Assembly: GCA_030390025.1 (NCBI GenBank)
Contig: CM059432.1
Coordinates: forward strand, 153,204,001 to 153,268,000
Origin: Squalus acanthias
Lineage: Eukaryota
Direction of reading: 5' to 3'
Length of the DNA: 64,000 nucleotides
Shown here: positions 62,251 through 64,000 of the stretch, piece by piece
How positions within the stretch are numbered: position 1 is the stretch's first letter
Layout: the number at the start of each line of letters is the position of its first letter
Notes under the pieces: generated by a model
What the model was told of the DNA's origin: nothing
Seen by the model: the letters and a program-made list of their open reading frames with translations, nothing else
The model's database searches: none
Position numbers and translations under genes: made by a program

Positions 62251-64000
62251 CTCACCTACACACACGACATTTCCCACAAGAAGTACAGGGGATGGAGCAG
62301 GAACTGTTCTCAGAAGAGTGGAGAAATTAAAATTAAAAAGAGATTTAAAAAAGAAAGATGTCAGACATAGGCAGAAAATGGAGCAGTGTGGAGATTCTAG
62401 AGGGAAGGTGCAGCAGAGGGCCACTGGTCATAAGGAAGTGCTTTAGGGGATACTAGAATATTGCAAAGCCCAAACCACAGGCCACAAAAAAATTACTACT
62501 TCAGCAACATTTTCATCTTTGAACAATTTCTTACCATGACACTCAAAAATCCTGCCATCTTCCTTTGCTTTGTCATCCACATTGCCACTTCACTCATGAA
62601 ACCTTTTGTACATATCCTTGGCGTATTAGCACAATATGACTGAACAGTTTTTTTACAGCCTCCTCTGTTCCTCTCTTTTATTACTTCCTTACCAAGTTAT
62701 TTTCACTCCAGTGACCTGGTGCTAAATTAAAACAGGGCTCTGCTTTTCTTCTTCCATCTGCATACCTCTTCTACATCAGTAGGCCTGCTGGGATGTCTCA
62801 GCTCACCATGCTATTGTCAGTTAGTATAGTACAGCACTTGTCCGTTTTTAAGACTGAAGCCAAGTCTTGCCTCCTCAGTGCTGTTATAAGTTAAAATAAC
62901 TTTCTTTCTTTCACATTGATCCCTCCCACTGATAAGCTCCCTGCCAGGTACATCAACTTATTTGAATGCACCAAATAACTTTGGCAGCTTGGTTTCATTT
63001 GAATAAAACAGCTTGTTACTCTTACTCGCGCTAGACTTTCAGGCGCTATAAATGCGTTCAACCAAGATGCCATATTTACCCCGTATCTTTAGTGCCTGGT
63101 TTATAATGGATGACGTAATGTGTGAATCCATGTCCACCTCGAATGTGAGGAACGCCGAGAAATTTCTATGGTGATTTTCCAACTAATTTTTACAGGAAGT
63201 TCGTTGGTCTCTGCTGTGCAGTGACTGCCTCTTCACACTCACGCAAACTCCTCAGTGCATGTGCTCAACCACAGTGCAACATAATCTCTCTCTGATCATT
63301 GGTAGCCCACCGACTCTTAGATGCCAACTTTTTGTACTTTTTATAGCAGTTCCTTTTACTATACCCCATGTAATCTTCACTCAGCCCTATATTACTTCAC
63401 AGTAGGTTAAAAAAATAAGGAACCAATTTTTTAGTCCCTCTATGCAGACCAACCAACTCCACTGCACATGGCGGAAATCTCAGATAAAAAATGTTAATCG
63501 CTGGCCTACTATAGAGCCGAGAAATCCTGCCTTCACACTTTTCTTTTGTCTTCGCTGGTTGGAGAGCAAGAGAAAACAGAGGCTAGGAAGACCTGGTTGG
63601 AGGGGGGGCGACAATTGTTGTTGGCCTCATGAACTGTTCTCAGGCAGTAAACAGAAGATTTTTTAAAAATCGTGTCCCTCCCAACTCAATTTTGGAGTGG
63701 TCTTCAAAATGGGCAACCAGTGCTCCTGCCCAGAGCAGGAGAGCCTGATGCAATTTTGGTGTCTCACTGGGTGGAGCGCACACTCTGTGGCACTGATTTT
63801 TGTGGGACTAGGATGAGCATGCTGGTCATTTAGTGAGCCCCTCTCCCCTCAGGATTGCCTCCCTCCCCTTTAAAGGCGTACTTCCAGCGCGGCTCCATAG
63901 AGGAGCTGCCAGATTTCTCCCCCGTCCCTTCCCCTGGTTGGTGACCTTCCTTGTTGAGTGCTGGAAACTCGCCGATCAAATTAAAATGCGGCTCGATTTT

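Overview
Vertebrate, repeat-dominated window. The repeat families (Deu-domain tRNA SINEs with L2 tails, CR1 LINEs with an esterase-type ORF1, Penelope-type ends) point to a cartilaginous fish; this is an inference. The only host coding sequence I can support is the last coding exon of SUGCT on the minus strand (11112-11275). I found no upstream exon, so 11276-64000 is probably one large intron. The rest is nested mobile DNA: CR1, L2 and RTE LINEs, SINEs, a Tc1/mariner-type MITE, two minisatellites, and more than a dozen PIF/Harbinger elements and MITEs with 3-bp TSDs. Highlights: (1) three Harbinger elements sit at the same CR1 15-mer (AAATAC-TTT-GTGTCT), two of them directly adjacent and sharing one TTT; (2) 12 reconstructed Harbinger target sites share a palindromic preference (A at -4 in 12/12, T at +4 in 11/12); (3) two CR1 copies each carry a pair of MITEs only 33 or 170 bp apart, one pair forming a ~525-bp near-perfect inverted repeat; (4) a Penelope-type minimal hammerhead ribozyme motif lies at 56179-56217; (5) a minisatellite is built from a SINE A-box. 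All coordinates were read by eye, and repeat edges without a TSD are approximate.
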